40,000 nucleotides of DNA from an uncultured Buttiauxella sp. (lineage in GTDB: Bacteria > Pseudomonadota > Gammaproteobacteria > Enterobacterales > Enterobacteriaceae): NCBI GenBank assembly GCA_946480445.1, contig CAMLJN010000001.1, forward strand, positions 113,352-153,351, written 5' to 3'. Positions within the stretch are counted from its first letter, which is position 1. The number at the start of each line of letters is the position of its first letter. Positions 9,187 through 19,845 of the stretch are shown in pieces. The notes under the pieces were generated by a model, which was not told the origin of the DNA, did not search any database, and worked only from the letters and a program-made list of their open reading frames with translations. The position numbers and the translations under genes are program-made.

Positions 9187-12060
9187 TTACTGGTATTCGC
9201 TCATCGGCACGCAGGAGCAGAACAGATTGCGATCGCCAAAGACATCGTCAAGGCGCTTCACTGTCGGCCAGTATTTGTTGCCGTGGCCTGCCGGGAATAC
9301 GGCAAGCTCGCGCGTATACGGGTGCGACCAGTCGGCCACCATTTCGTCCTGCGTATGCGGCGCATTGACCAGCGGGTTGTCTTCCAGCGGCCATTCCCCC
9401 TTCGCCACGCGGTCGATTTCAGTGCGGATGGCAAGCATCGCGTCGATAAAGCGATCCAGCTCCAGCTTACTTTCGGACTCCGTCGGCTCAACCATCAGCG
9501 TTCCCGCGACCGGGAAAGACATGGTTGGTGCATGGAAACCGAAGTCAATCAGACGCTTGGCAATGTCCAGCTCACTGATACCGGTTTCTTCTTTCAGCGG
9601 ACGAATATCAAGAATACATTCGTGCGCCACGCGGCCATTGGCACCGGTATACAGAATCGGGAAGGCTGACTGCAGACGGCTGGCAATATAGTTCGCGTTG
9701 AGAATAGCCACCTGGCTTGCTTTCTTCAGGCCTTCGGCACCCATCATGCGGATGTACATCCAGCTGATTGGCAGAATAGAGGCGCTGCCAAAAGGTGCAG
9801 CAGAAACCGCGCCCTGCTGGGTGAGCATCTCTTCAATCTGCACCACGCTGTGGCCCGGTACAAATGGAGCCAGGTGCGCTTTCACGCCGATTGGCCCCAT
9901 GCCAGGACCGCCGCCGCCGTGAGGGATGCAGAAGGTTTTGTGCAGGTTGAGGTGCGAAACGTCCGCGCCGATAAAGCCCGGGGAAGTAATGCCCACCTGT
10001 GCGTTCATGTTCGCGCCGTCCAGGTAAACCTGGCCGCCATACTGGTGAACAATCTCGCACACTTCGCGGATAGTCTCTTCATAGACGCCGTGAGTGGAGG
10101 GATAGGTCACCATAATGCAGGAAAGCGCAGCTCCCGCCTGCTCGGCTTTGGCCCGCAGATCCTGAAGATCAATGTTGCCCTGCTTGTCGCACGCCACCAC
10201 GATCACTTCCATACCCGCCATTTGTGCAGAGGCTGGGTTAGTGCCGTGCGCGGAACTTGGGATCAGGCAGATGTTGCGACCCGCTTCGTTACGGCTTTCG
10301 TGATAGCGACGAATAGCCAGCAGACCGGCATATTCCCCCTGAGCACCGGAGTTTGGCTGCATGCACAGCGCGTCGTAGCCGGTCAGCTTCACCAGCCAGT
10401 CGGACAGCTGGGCGATCATCTGATGGTAGCCTTCGGCCTGGTTCGCCGGGCAGAAGGGATGCAGCTCGGCAAATTCAGGCCAGGTGATCGGGATCATCTC
10501 CGCGGCGGCGTTCAGCTTCATGGTGCAGGAGCCCAGCGGGATCATTGCCTGATTGAGCGCCAGATCTTTGCGTTCCAGAGAGTGCATGTAGCGCATCATC
10601 TCGGTTTCGCTGTGGTAGCGGTTAAAGACTGGATGGGTCAGGATGGCATCTTCACGCAGCATCGCCGTCGGGACAGAGAGGCTGTCCCCCGCTACGTCCT
10701 GGTCCAGCTTATCAATATCAAGGCCGTGATTATCACCCAGCAGCACGGCGAACAGCGCCTGGACGTCTTCGCGGGTGGTGGCTTCATCCAGCGTGATGCC
10801 TACCGCATTCAGAATGTCGCTGCGTAGGTTAATTTCTTTTGCTTCAGCGCGAGCCAGCACGGCGGCTTTGTCGGCCACTTCCACGCACAGCGTGTCGAAC
10901 CAGTGTTTGTGACGCAGCACCAGGCCATTCTTTTGCAGGCCAGCGGCAAGAATATCGGTCAGGCGGTGGATGCGGCCAGCGATGCGTTTCAGGCCAGCCG
11001 GCCCGTGGAAGACGGCATACAGGCTGGCGATATTGGCCAGCAGCACCTGAGAAGTACAGATGTTGGAGTTCGCTTTCTCGCGGCGGATATGCTGCTCACG
11101 TGTCTGCATCGCCATGCGCAGTGCAGTGCGACCAGCGGCATCGCGGGAGACACCGATGATACGGCCTGGCATGGAGCGTTTAAATTCGTCGCGAGCGGCA
11201 AAGAATGCCGCGTGCGGGCCACCATAACCCATCGGCACACCGAAGCGCTGTGCGGACCCGAATACAATGTCAGCCCCCTGCTTACCCGGTGCGGTCAGCA
11301 ACACCAGCGACATAAAATCAGCGGCAACGCTGACGATAATTTTGCGCTGTTTCAGTTCAGCAATCAGCGGGCTGTAGTCGTGGACTTCACCGGTCGTACC
11401 CACCTGCTGGAGCAGCACGCCGAACACATCCTGATGATCCAGCACCTTAGCCGCATCATCGACAATCACATCAAAACCGAAGGTCTCTGCGCGAGTACGC
11501 ACCACATCCAGAGTTTGCGGATGCACATCTGCCGCCACGAAGAAACGGTTGGCGTTCTTCAGCTTGCTGACGCGCTTTGCCATAGCCATAGCTTCTGCCG
11601 CTGCGCTAGCTTCATCCAGCAGCGAGGCGGAAGCGATATCCATGCCGGTCAGATCCAGGGTGACCTGCTGGAAGTTCAGCAGCGCTTCCAGACGCCCCTG
11701 GGAGACTTCTGGCTGATAAGGCGTGTAGGCAGTATACCAGCCCGGATTTTCCAGCATGTTACGCAGAATCACCGGCGGAGTTTGCACCGCGGTGTACCCC
11801 ATCCCGATATAGGATTTAAAACGCTTATTACGGCTGGCAATGGCTTTCAGTTCAGCCAGGGCCGCAAATTCGGTTGCGGCTTCCCCCACCTGCGGCGGCT
11901 GCGCGAGCTGAATGTCAGCCGGAACAAGAGTGGAAATCAGTTCATTGAGAGAACGAGCGCCCACGGCCTCCAGCATTTCGTGCTGCTGCTGAGCGGAAGG
12001 GCCAATGTGACGATCGATAAACGCTTCGTGGTTCTCAAGGCTACGTAAGGACTGGGTCAT
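9187..12060 (-). CDS. gcvP: glycine dehydrogenase (decarboxylating), glycine cleavage P protein
   Basis: 957-aa product from ATG 12060 ([21 protein letters not shown]...), the same length as E. coli GcvP. The longer ORF to 12126 is not supported. Confidence 0.97.
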   Translation of the reverse strand: MTQSLRSLENHEAFIDRHIGPSAQQQHEMLEAVGARSLNELISTLVPADIQLAQPPQVGEAATEFAALAELKAIASRNKRFKSYIGMGYTAVQTPPVILRNMLENPGWYTAYTPYQPEVSQGRLEALLNFQQVTLDLTGMDIASASLLDEASAAAEAMAMAKRVSKLKNANRFFVAADVHPQTLDVVRTRAETFGFDVIVDDAAKVLDHQDVFGVLLQQVGTTGEVHDYSPLIAELKQRKIIVSVAADFMSLVLLTAPGKQGADIVFGSAQRFGVPMGYGGPHAAFFAARDEFKRSMPGRIIGVSRDAAGRTALRMAMQTREQHIRREKANSNICTSQVLLANIASLYAVFHGPAGLKRIAGRIHRLTDILAAGLQKNGLVLRHKHWFDTLCVEVADKAAVLARAEAKEINLRSDILNAVGITLDEATTREDVQALFAVLLGDNHGLDIDKLDQDVAGDSLSVPTAMLREDAILTHPVFNRYHSETEMMRYMHSLERKDLALNQAMIPLGSCTMKLNAAAEMIPITWPEFAELHPFCPANQAEGYHQMIAQLSDWLVKLTGYDALCMQPNSGAQGEYAGLLAIRRYHESRNEAGRNICLIPSSAHGTNPASAQMAGMEVIVVACDKQGNIDLQDLRAKAEQAGAALSCIMVTYPSTHGVYEETIREVCEIVHQYGGQVYLDGANMNAQVGITSPGFIGADVSHLNLHKTFCIPHGGGGPGMGPIGVKAHLAPFVPGHSVVQIEEMLTQQGAVSAAPFGSASILPISWMYIRMMGAEGLKKASQVAILNANYIASRLQSAFPILYTGANGRVAHECILDIRPLKEETGISELDIAKRLIDFGFHAPTMSFPVAGTLMVEPTESESKLELDRFIDAMLAIRTEIDRVAKGEWPLEDNPLVNAPHTQDEMVADWSHPYTRELAVFPAGHGNKYWPTVKRLDDVFGDRNLFCSCVPMSEYQ

Positions 12061-12094
12061 GAGCGGTGATTCCTGAAACAGGCGGAACTTTAGC

Positions 12095-12175
12095 GGTGGA
12101 TGGCGCGATGCCTGTCCACCCGACAAAACAAGACGCTGCGATAGCGCAGGGCGGATAAGCGAAGCGTTATCCGCC
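12095..12175. repeat. pair of REP-like palindromes (BIME-like) in the gcvP-gcvH intergenic region
   Basis: GGTGGATGGCGCGATGCCTGTCCACCC at 12095-12121 and GGCGGATAAGCGAAGCGTTATCCGCC at 12150-12175. Confidence 0.5.
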
Positions 12176-12185
12176 GGATACGTTG

Positions 12186-12575
12186 TTACTCGTTTTCTAA
12201 CAGGGCTTCGTACGCGGCGGCGTCAAGCAGCCCCTCCAGCTCGGATTCGTCGCTGGCTTTGATTTTGAAAATCCAGCCGCCGGTGTAAGGCTCGCTGTTC
12301 ACCAGCTCAGGATTACCTTCCAGCTCGCTGTTCACGGCAATGATTTCACCGCTGATTGGCGCGTAGATATCGGACGCGGCCTTCACCGATTCCGCAACGG
12401 CGCAGTCGTCGCCGGTGCTAACGGTAGAGCCAACGTCTGGCAGATCCACAAATACCATGTCACCAAGCAGCTCCTGAGCGTGCTCGGTGATACCTACGGT
12501 GTAGGAACCGTCCGCTTCTTTACGCAGCCATTCGTGTTCTTTGCTGTATTTCAGTTCATTAGGCACATTGCTCAT
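12186..12575 (-). CDS. gcvH: glycine cleavage system H protein (lipoyl carrier)
   Basis: 129 aa, [20 protein letters not shown]..., with lipoyl-lysine context ESVKAASD. Confidence 0.97.
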   Translation of the reverse strand: MSNVPNELKYSKEHEWLRKEADGSYTVGITEHAQELLGDMVFVDLPDVGSTVSTGDDCAVAESVKAASDIYAPISGEIIAVNSELEGNPELVNSEPYTGGWIFKIKASDESELEGLLDAAAYEALLENE

Positions 12576-12596
12576 TCTTGTTTCCTTCTTTGAAAT

Positions 12597-13694
12597 TTAC
12601 TGTGCGACGGGCTTACCGGCGCGAACAAAAACAGGTTTCGTCACTTTGACCGGCATTTCACGGTTACGGATCTGCACAATAGCGGTTTCGCCAATGCCTG
12701 CCGGTACGCGGGCCAGAGCGATGCTGTAGCCGAGCGTGGGTGAGAAGGTGCCGCTGGTGATAATGCCTTCGCAGGCGTTACCAGCGCTGTCAGTAAAACG
12801 AACGGGCAGCTCGTTACGTAATACGCCCTTGTCGGTCATGATCAGGCCGACCAGCTTTTCTGTTCCTTTTGCACGCTGCGCTTCAAGGGCATCACGGCCG
12901 ATAAAGTCGCGGTCTGCGGGTTCCCAGGCAATGGTCCAGCCCATGTTTGCCGCGAGCGGAGAAATCCCTTCGTCCATCTCCTGACCATACAAGTTCATGC
13001 CCGCTTCCAGACGCAGCGTATCGCGAGCACCCAAGCCGCATGGCTTGACGCCAGCTTCTACCAGATGTGCCCAGAACTCGGCGGCTTTCTCGTTCGGCAT
13101 GGCAATCTCATAACCCGCCTCTCCGGTATAGCCCGTGGTGGCAATAAATAAATCACCCGCCTGCACGCCAAAGAAAGGTTTCATGCCTGCCACCGCTTTG
13201 CGCTGCTCTTCGCTGAACAACGTCGCGGCTTTTGCCTGAGCTGTTGGCCCCTGCACGGCAATTAAAGAGAGATCGTCGCGGACGGTGACTTCAACCGCGA
13301 AGGGTTCCGCATGCTGGTTGATCCACTCAAGATCCTTTTCACGTGTGGCGGAGTTCACCACCAGGCGGAAGTAATCTTCAGTGAAGAAATAGATAATCAG
13401 GTCGTCGATAACGCCGCCGGACGCATTAAGCATGCCGGTATACAGGGCTTTGCCCGGCTGGGTGAGTTTGGCCACGTCGTTGGCGACCAGATAGCGCAGG
13501 AATTCGCGGGTGCGGCTGCCGTGTAAATCAACAATGGTCATATGGGAAACATCGAACATGCCTGCGTCAGTGCGTACCGCATGGTGTTCGTCAATCTGCG
13601 AGCCGTAGTGCAGCGGCATCATCCAGCCGTGGAAATCGACCATCCGCGCACCGCAGAGAGTGTGCTGTTCAAACAAAGGGGTCTGTTGAGCCAT
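12597..13694 (-). CDS. gcvT: aminomethyltransferase, glycine cleavage T protein
   Basis: ATG at 13694 gives [33 protein letters not shown]..., 365 aa. GAGGAAAAG SD upstream. Confidence 0.97.
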   Translation of the reverse strand: MAQQTPLFEQHTLCGARMVDFHGWMMPLHYGSQIDEHHAVRTDAGMFDVSHMTIVDLHGSRTREFLRYLVANDVAKLTQPGKALYTGMLNASGGVIDDLIIYFFTEDYFRLVVNSATREKDLEWINQHAEPFAVEVTVRDDLSLIAVQGPTAQAKAATLFSEEQRKAVAGMKPFFGVQAGDLFIATTGYTGEAGYEIAMPNEKAAEFWAHLVEAGVKPCGLGARDTLRLEAGMNLYGQEMDEGISPLAANMGWTIAWEPADRDFIGRDALEAQRAKGTEKLVGLIMTDKGVLRNELPVRFTDSAGNACEGIITSGTFSPTLGYSIALARVPAGIGETAIVQIRNREMPVKVTKPVFVRAGKPVAQ

Positions 13695-14128
13695 CTTTTC
13701 CTCTTTAACCATCAGGGGCAGAGCGCGTTGACGCCCTGCTGTCCGTCAGACGAAACCCGGCATCACCCTCTTTTTTAGGGCGACGCAAACGTTACCTTTC
13801 ATCTGAACTTACCACTGAAATGACGCGTAAACCATAAGGGGAAACCGGTCATTCCATTAGCTTATGACCAAAACCGGGGGTGCAGCATGCAGATTATTCG
13901 ACTACAAAAATGCGAGCTGATACGCATAAATCAGAAGTGTTGAACGAGGAATTTAGAGTTAGCTAACATTTACGACCATTTCAGAAACAAAATCACTACA
14001 TCACAAAAAACATGACATTAAAAAAAGTAATCCGAAATTGAGCGTGAGATTAGAATATTTCAAATGAGGCGGGGAGAGCCCTTCCCGCAAACCGGGAAGG
14101 GAAGTGTGATCGACTTAACGTTATTAAT
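13695..14128 (-). promoter_or_regulatory. gcvTHP upstream control region (AT-rich, about 430 bp)
   Basis: Long AT-rich non-coding region upstream of gcvT. In E. coli the equivalent region carries GcvA, Lrp, PurR and CRP sites. I did not map individual sites. Confidence 0.4.
14079..14101 (-). terminator. 9-bp-stem hairpin just downstream of ubiI (CCCTTCCCG-N5-CGGGAAGGG)
   Basis: Perfect inverted repeat 28 nt after the ubiI stop. No U-tract, so its function as a terminator is uncertain. Confidence 0.35.
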
Positions 14129-15331
14129 TTAGCGCAGCCAGGAAGGCAGATCCTGCAAGCCCATAGCCTGACGCACCAGTTGGGATTTGACACCCGGCAG
14201 GGTATCGGCCAGCTTTAGCCCAACGTCACGCAGCAGCTTTTTCGCCGGGTTGCTGCCCGCAAACAGATCGCGGAAACCCTGCATACTCGCCAGCATCATC
14301 GCCGCACTGTGTTTACGGCTGCGCTCGTAGCGGCGCAGATATAAATACTGCCCGATGTCTTTCCCCTGACGATGCAGGCGGCGCACCTGATCGATCAGTT
14401 CAGCGGCGTCCATAAAGCCAAGGTTAACCCCCTGCCCTGCCAGCGGATGAATGGTATGCGCCGCATCGCCCACCAGTGCAAGGCGGTGGGCCGCAAAGTT
14501 ACGCGCATAGCGACCGGTCAGTGGGAAAACTTGTCTTTCACTCTCGGCCTGACACAGCCCAAGACGCAAATCAAAAGCAACGGAAAGCGCCTGATTAAAT
14601 TCTTCCGGGGTTGCATTCTGCATACGCTCTGCTTCCAGCGGTGGCAGCGACCAGACAATCGAGCAAAGGTGCGGGTCAGACAGCGGCAGGTAGGCAAGAA
14701 TGCCGTCGCCGTGGAAGACCTGACGCGCTACGCCCTCGTGCGGCTGCTCTGTGCGAATAGTTGCCACCAGCGCATGGTGTTTGTAATCCCAGAAGGTCAG
14801 AGGGATATCCGCCTGCTTGCGCAGCCAGGAATTTGCGCCGTCGGCCCCCACGACAAGGCGAGCCGTCAGCATCGCCCCATCCCTGAGGGTAATGAACGCT
14901 TCGTTCTCGCCCCAGGCAACCTGCTGCACTTCAGCGGGCGCCATCAGCGTAACGTCCGAGCACTGCTCTGCACGCTGCCAGAGCGCATGATGAATCACGG
15001 CGTTTTCGATGATATGCCCAAGGTGGCTGAACCCAAATTTTTGGTCATCAAAAGCAATTCTGCCGAAGCTGTCCCGCTCCCACACTTCCATGCCGTGATA
15101 GGCACAGGCACGCTGAGCGATGATATTTGGCCAGACGCCAAGATGGGCCAGCAGCTTCTCGCTGGCAGCGTTTATGGCCGAAACGCGCAGTGCCGGGGGG
15201 GCATCGACGGCCAGCGGCTGCGGAAGATGATGCTCTAACACCGCCACGCGCAGCCCACTCCCTTGCAGGCCGCAGGCCACAGCCAGGCCTACCATGCCGC
15301 CACCGACAATCGCCACATCAACGCTTTGCAA
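14129..15331 (-). CDS. ubiI: 2-octaprenylphenol hydroxylase (FAD monooxygenase, VisC)
   Basis: 400 aa, VAIVGGGMVGLA FAD-binding motif. Follows ubiH as in E. coli. Confidence 0.93.
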   Translation of the reverse strand: MQSVDVAIVGGGMVGLAVACGLQGSGLRVAVLEHHLPQPLAVDAPPALRVSAINAASEKLLAHLGVWPNIIAQRACAYHGMEVWERDSFGRIAFDDQKFGFSHLGHIIENAVIHHALWQRAEQCSDVTLMAPAEVQQVAWGENEAFITLRDGAMLTARLVVGADGANSWLRKQADIPLTFWDYKHHALVATIRTEQPHEGVARQVFHGDGILAYLPLSDPHLCSIVWSLPPLEAERMQNATPEEFNQALSVAFDLRLGLCQAESERQVFPLTGRYARNFAAHRLALVGDAAHTIHPLAGQGVNLGFMDAAELIDQVRRLHRQGKDIGQYLYLRRYERSRKHSAAMMLASMQGFRDLFAGSNPAKKLLRDVGLKLADTLPGVKSQLVRQAMGLQDLPSWLR

Positions 15332-15343
15332 ATTGACTCTCCT

Positions 15344-16513
15344 TTAACGCGCAACCCAGCCAAGGGTACGCTGTGCCAGCACGTCTCGTGCCGGAGTAAA
15401 ATGTTCCATCGCCATCAGGCCCAGATTGCGTCCCACCACCAGCGGCGCCCAACGGTTGGCAAAAAGCTGCACCAGCCCGTCCGTTACGCCAATAGTAGCG
15501 GCTTTATCTGCGGCACGACGCCGTTGATATTCAGCCAGGACGGTATAGCTGCCCGGATCCTGCTGCGCACAGGCCAGAGATTCCGCAAGCGACATCACAT
15601 CGCGCAGGCCAAGATTAAAGCCTTGCCCGGCGATAGGGTGCAGCGTTTGCGCGGCATTGCCCACCAGAGCAAGGCGATGAGAGACAGGCTGCGAAGCGGT
15701 GGTTAATGCCAGGGGATAAACATGCCGTGCGCCTGCATGGGTGATACGCCCAAGCCGCCAGCCAAAAGCTCGCTGCAGTTCGTTGCAGAACTGTTCGTCA
15801 CTCCAGCCATTAATCTCGCTTTGCGCCTCCTGCGGATGACACCACACTAACGAACTGCGGCCATCGGACATAGGCAGCATGGCAAGCGGGCCAAACTCGG
15901 TAAAGCGTTCAAACGCCCGCCCGTTATGCGGTAAGGTGGTAGTGACGTTCGCAATCGCTGCGATCTGGCGATAATTCTCCTGCTGCCAGGTCATGCCACA
16001 CTGCGCGGCAAGCCCGGAGCGGGTGCCATCTGCGGCGACCAACAGTTTGCCTTCAAGCAGAGCACCGTCATCCAGCGTGACGCTCACTCCACCCTCTTCG
16101 CGAGTGAAAGAGACAACCCGTCGGGGGCAATGCAGCGTGACGCCAGGTGCTTTACGCAGTAAGGCAAACAGACGCTGGCCGACGTCGTGCAGCTCAATGA
16201 CCTGCCCCAGCGCGCTTATCTGGTAGTCTTCCGCTTCCAGCGTGACGAATCCCGCATGCCCGCGGTCGCTGACATGCACTGAAGTTATCGCCGTTGCACA
16301 GGATGAAATCGCCGGCCAGACGCCGATAGCCGTCAACTGCTGGCATGTACCCTGTGCCAGCGCAATAGCTCTGGCATCAAAGCCGGGATGGGCCGCAGAA
16401 TCAGGCGCTTTTGCTTCAATCAGATGTACCGGCAGCTTGCCGCCGGTCATGTGGGAGATAGCCAGCGCGAGCGTTGCGCCGGTCATGCCGCCGCCGACAA
16501 TAATCACGCTCAT
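15344..16513 (-). CDS. ubiH: 2-octaprenyl-6-methoxyphenol hydroxylase
   Basis: 389 aa, MSVIIVGGGMTGATLA... Overlaps the pepP stop by 4 nt (ATGA). Confidence 0.93.
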   Translation of the reverse strand: MSVIIVGGGMTGATLALAISHMTGGKLPVHLIEAKAPDSAAHPGFDARAIALAQGTCQQLTAIGVWPAISSCATAITSVHVSDRGHAGFVTLEAEDYQISALGQVIELHDVGQRLFALLRKAPGVTLHCPRRVVSFTREEGGVSVTLDDGALLEGKLLVAADGTRSGLAAQCGMTWQQENYRQIAAIANVTTTLPHNGRAFERFTEFGPLAMLPMSDGRSSLVWCHPQEAQSEINGWSDEQFCNELQRAFGWRLGRITHAGARHVYPLALTTASQPVSHRLALVGNAAQTLHPIAGQGFNLGLRDVMSLAESLACAQQDPGSYTVLAEYQRRRAADKAATIGVTDGLVQLFANRWAPLVVGRNLGLMAMEHFTPARDVLAQRTLGWVAR

Positions 16514-17829
16514 GACTGACGCGCCGCCGCCATCAGGGCTTCTATATCGTCTGCCGACTTCACCACGCTCGCCGTCAGGTTTTCGTTGCCTTCCGGGGTG
16601 ATAAGGATGTCATCCTCGATACGGATACCAATGCCGCGATACTGCGCCGGCACATCGGCATCCGGCGCAATGTACAGGCCCGGCTCAACGGTAATTACCA
16701 TACCCGGCTCCAGCACACGAGAACGATCCTGCCCGTAAACCCCGACGTCGTGCACATCCAGTCCCAGCCAGTGGCTCAGGCCGTGCATAAAGAAAGCCCG
16801 GTGCGCATTATCCGCTATCAGCCGATCCACCTCGCCTTTAAGAATACCGAGATTCACCAGCCCCTTGACCATTATGCGGATCACCTCGCCGGTGACTTCC
16901 TGCATGGAAGTCCCGGGGCGATAGAGCCGGAGAGCGGTTTCTAAAGACTCTAAAACGATATCGTAAATTTCTCGCTGCGCCGGGGAGAACTTGCCGTTCA
17001 CCGGGAACGTACGGGTGATATCCCCCGCATAACCTTTGTATTCGCAACCTGCATCAATCAGCACCAGGTCGCCATCCTGCATCTCACTTTCGTTTTCCGT
17101 GTAGTGCAGTATGCAGCCGTTTTCCCCGCTGCCAACAATGGTGTTGTAGGAGGGGAAACGTGCACCGTGGCGGCTGAACTCGTGAAGAATTTCCCCCTCA
17201 AGCTGATACTCGAACATACCCGGGCGACATTTTTCCATCGCGCGGGTATGCGCCAGCGCGCTTATCTCACCTGCACGACGCAGGACAGCAATCTCTTCTG
17301 CGGATTTGAACAGACGTTGCTCATGTACCCACGGTCGCCAGTCCGTCAGCGTTGCCGGAGCGAAAAGATTCTGGCGCGAACCGCGACGCAATTTGTCCAG
17401 CGCGGCAAAAACAATGCTGTCGGCGTAGTCATATTCGCCCTGAGCGTGATAGACAACGTCCAGACCGTTTAACAGCAGATGCAGCTGCTCGCCAATCTCA
17501 GAAAAGGCGAGAGCACGATCGACAGCCAGTTTTTCCGGTGCCGCCTCCTGCCCCAGACGACGCCCAAACCAGATTTCCGCCGTTTTATCCCGCAGCCGAT
17601 TGAACAACACGCTGTGGTTGTGAGTTTCGTCGCTTTTAATCAGCACCAAAACGGCTTCGGGTTCATTAAACCCGGTGAAGTACCAAAAATCGCTGTTTTG
17701 ACGATAAGGATACTCGCTGTCGGCGCTGCGCGTGGCCTCAGGAGCCGCAAAAATGAGGGCCGCGCTGGCTGGGGCCATTTTTGCCAGCAGAGCCTGGCGG
17801 CGGCGAAGAAATTCCTGCTGATTCATCAC
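16510..17829 (-). CDS. pepP: Xaa-Pro aminopeptidase P
   Basis: 439 aa, collinear with E. coli PepP (SADSEYPYRQNSDFWYFTGFNEPEAV..., HGLSHWLGLDVHD). Confidence 0.95.
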   Translation of the reverse strand: MMNQQEFLRRRQALLAKMAPASAALIFAAPEATRSADSEYPYRQNSDFWYFTGFNEPEAVLVLIKSDETHNHSVLFNRLRDKTAEIWFGRRLGQEAAPEKLAVDRALAFSEIGEQLHLLLNGLDVVYHAQGEYDYADSIVFAALDKLRRGSRQNLFAPATLTDWRPWVHEQRLFKSAEEIAVLRRAGEISALAHTRAMEKCRPGMFEYQLEGEILHEFSRHGARFPSYNTIVGSGENGCILHYTENESEMQDGDLVLIDAGCEYKGYAGDITRTFPVNGKFSPAQREIYDIVLESLETALRLYRPGTSMQEVTGEVIRIMVKGLVNLGILKGEVDRLIADNAHRAFFMHGLSHWLGLDVHDVGVYGQDRSRVLEPGMVITVEPGLYIAPDADVPAQYRGIGIRIEDDILITPEGNENLTASVVKSADDIEALMAAARQS

Positions 17830-17850
17830 ACCTCCTGCAGCTTTTTATTC

Positions 17851-18429
17851 TTAGTGTAGCGTTGGCTTACGTACTTCCGGCGCGGTGGGAACCGGGCGGG
17901 TAAAGGTATCGTGGCACAGCAGCGCCGCGACGCGCACGTACTCGATAATCTCTTCAAGCGACATTTCCAGCTCTTCCTGATCTTCATCTTCGTCATAGCC
18001 AAGCTGGGCAATATTACGAAGATCGTCGATAGCTTCCCCGGTTTCACCGGTGACTTTATCAAGTTTAGGCTGGGTCACGCCCAGGCCCAGCAGGAAATGG
18101 TTAACCCAGCCAGCAAGCGCGTCGGCACGGTCAAAGACGGTGACTTCGTCTCCGTCCGGCAGATATAGCTGGAACAGGAAACCGTCGTCTTCCAGCGCGT
18201 CGCCCGTTGCGCTGTGCATATCGCGCAGGGTGTCGGCCAGGTTCTGGCTAAAGGCTAACCCTTCGTTGGTCAGGTCGTGCAGCAGCGGTTGCCAGCTGCT
18301 GTCTTTGTTGCCACCACACAGCATGCCACTGATTAAGCCGTGCATTTCCGCGGGGGTCAGCCCCACGCCTTGTTGGTTCAAAAGTTGGCTTACGGCGTCG
18401 TAGCCTGGCATAGCGTTCTGTATAGACAT
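17851..18429 (-). CDS. ygfB: UPF0149 family protein YgfB
   Basis: [40 protein letters not shown]... matches E. coli YgfB (192 aa). An ATG two codons upstream (18435) is an alternative start. Confidence 0.9.
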   Translation of the reverse strand: MSIQNAMPGYDAVSQLLNQQGVGLTPAEMHGLISGMLCGGNKDSSWQPLLHDLTNEGLAFSQNLADTLRDMHSATGDALEDDGFLFQLYLPDGDEVTVFDRADALAGWVNHFLLGLGVTQPKLDKVTGETGEAIDDLRNIAQLGYDEDEDQEELEMSLEEIIEYVRVAALLCHDTFTRPVPTAPEVRKPTLH

Positions 18430-18598
18430 GCGCATTCGTCATCGTTGGCAGGGATAGTTCATGTTATGCTACCACCAGGGACTCCGGGGCACCAGAAAAG
18501 GGCTTGTATCTTCATAACGGGGTAGCTATAGTGACGCCCCTTTCGTGGCCCGGTAACAGGTTTACGTAAGGCAGGCGAGTTAACAGCAGGAAGGTGGC

Positions 18599-18928
18599 AT
18601 GTCTGCACAACCAGTCGATATCCAAATTTTCGGTCGTTCATTGCGCGTGAATTGTCCGCCTGAACAACAGGATGCGCTGAATCAGGCTGCGGTTGAGCTG
18701 GATCAGCGGTTGCAAGATTTAAAAGTTCGCACTAGAGTCACAAATACTGAGCAGCTCGTTTTCATAGCAGCGCTGAATATTTGCTATGAATTAGCTCAGG
18801 AAAAATCGAAAACCCGTGACTATGCTGCTAACATGGAGCAGCGGATCAAAATGTTACAGCAGACCATTGAACAGGCGTTACTGGAACAGGGTCGCATAAC
18901 AGAAAGACAGGGTCCAAATTTTGAATAA
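18599..18928 (+). CDS. zapA: cell-division protein ZapA
   Basis: 109 aa, [31 protein letters not shown]... Confidence 0.95.
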   Translation: MSAQPVDIQIFGRSLRVNCPPEQQDALNQAAVELDQRLQDLKVRTRVTNTEQLVFIAALNICYELAQEKSKTRDYAANMEQRIKMLQQTIEQALLEQGRITERQGPNFE

Positions 18929-18969
18929 CGCTTCCCAGTCGACTATGGTAGAGTGACTGGGAAGAAAAA

Positions 18970-19154
18970 ATTTCTCTGAGATGTTTGCAAGCGGGCCAGT
19001 CCCCTGAGCCGATATTTCATACCACAAGAATGTGGTGCTCCACCGTCGGTGAGCATGCTCGGTCCGTCCGAGAAGCCTGATGACAGTGACGCTGCATTCA
19101 CCTTGAACCAAGGGTTCAAGGGTTACAGCCTGCGGCGGCATCTCGGAGATTCCC
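18970..19154 (+). ncRNA. ssrS: 6S RNA
   Basis: ATTTCTCTGAGATGTTTGCAAGCGGGCCAGTCCCCTGAGCCGATATTTCATACCACAAGAATGTGG...GGTTACAGCCTGCGGCGGCATCTCGGAGATTCCC aligns end to end with the E. coli 6S RNA sequence as I recall it. Located between zapA and ygfA as expected. Confidence 0.95.
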
Positions 19155-19176
19155 TCTTTCTACCCGGTCATCACGT

Positions 19177-19845
19177 ATGACATCTACATCACAAGCTTCA
19201 CCTGTCCCTCCCGTTTCCACACTTCGTAGCGAAATTCGCCAGACTATACGGCAGCGTCGTCGCGCCCTTACCGCCTCTGAACAGCAGCTTTTTGCCCAAC
19301 AGGCCGCGTCGCGTATGCTTGCCTATCCGCCGGTGCAAGAAGCGAACAGCGTCGCCGTGTTTTTATCTTTTGACGGGGAGCTGGATACCCGCCCGCTGAT
19401 TCAGGCTTTATGGCAGGCAGGAAAAACCGTTTATCTTCCGGTACTTCACCCTTTCAGCAAAGGCAACCTGCTGTTCCTGCGTTACGATCAACATAGCCCG
19501 CTGGTTATGAATCGTCTGAAAATTCTCGAGCCGCAGCTTGATGTTCGTAATGTGCTTGCGCTGGATAAACTCGATGTACTGATTACGCCGCTGGTGGCTT
19601 TCGATGAGCAGGGCCAGCGTTTAGGTATGGGCGGTGGATTTTACGATCGCACGCTACAGAACTGGCGGCAGCACAGGTTATGGCCGGTAGGTCTGGCGCA
19701 TGATTGTCAGCAGGTAACGGCATTGCCCGCCGAAGAGTGGGATATTCCCTTGCCCGCGGTTGTCACACCTTCGCGGATTTGGGCGTGGTCAGGCCCAACC
19801 TTCTCCCCCAGGAGAGAAGGTCAGGCTCAGGCAAACAATCAGTAA
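19177..19845 (+). CDS. ygfA: 5-formyltetrahydrofolate cyclo-ligase
   Basis: IRQRRRALT...VAVFLSFDGELDT...LITPLVAFDEQGQRLGMGGGFYDRTL... matches E. coli YgfA/Fau. The start codon is uncertain. The C-terminus runs 18 aa beyond the E. coli end. Confidence 0.85.
   Translation: MTSTSQASPVPPVSTLRSEIRQTIRQRRRALTASEQQLFAQQAASRMLAYPPVQEANSVAVFLSFDGELDTRPLIQALWQAGKTVYLPVLHPFSKGNLLFLRYDQHSPLVMNRLKILEPQLDVRNVLALDKLDVLITPLVAFDEQGQRLGMGGGFYDRTLQNWRQHRLWPVGLAHDCQQVTALPAEEWDIPLPAVVTPSRIWAWSGPTFSPRREGQAQANNQ

Noticed and set aside
9850-12048. Long plus-strand ORFs (325 aa and 381 aa) antisense to gcvP
   Set aside because: They lie entirely within the strongly supported gcvP frame. They are Arg/His/Gln-rich and low in complexity, which is typical of antisense frames in GC-rich genes. 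No SD or homology was recognised.
13695-13800. Glycine riboswitch upstream of gcvT
   Set aside because: I could not find the conserved glycine-aptamer core strings in the minus-strand leader, and enterobacterial gcvTHP is known to be protein-regulated (GcvA/GcvR, Lrp, PurR). A cmscan with the Rfam glycine riboswitch model would settle it.
18878-19141. 87-aa minus-strand ORF overlapping the 6S RNA gene
   Set aside because: The region is fully explained by ssrS, and the ORF is antisense to a highly structured RNA gene.
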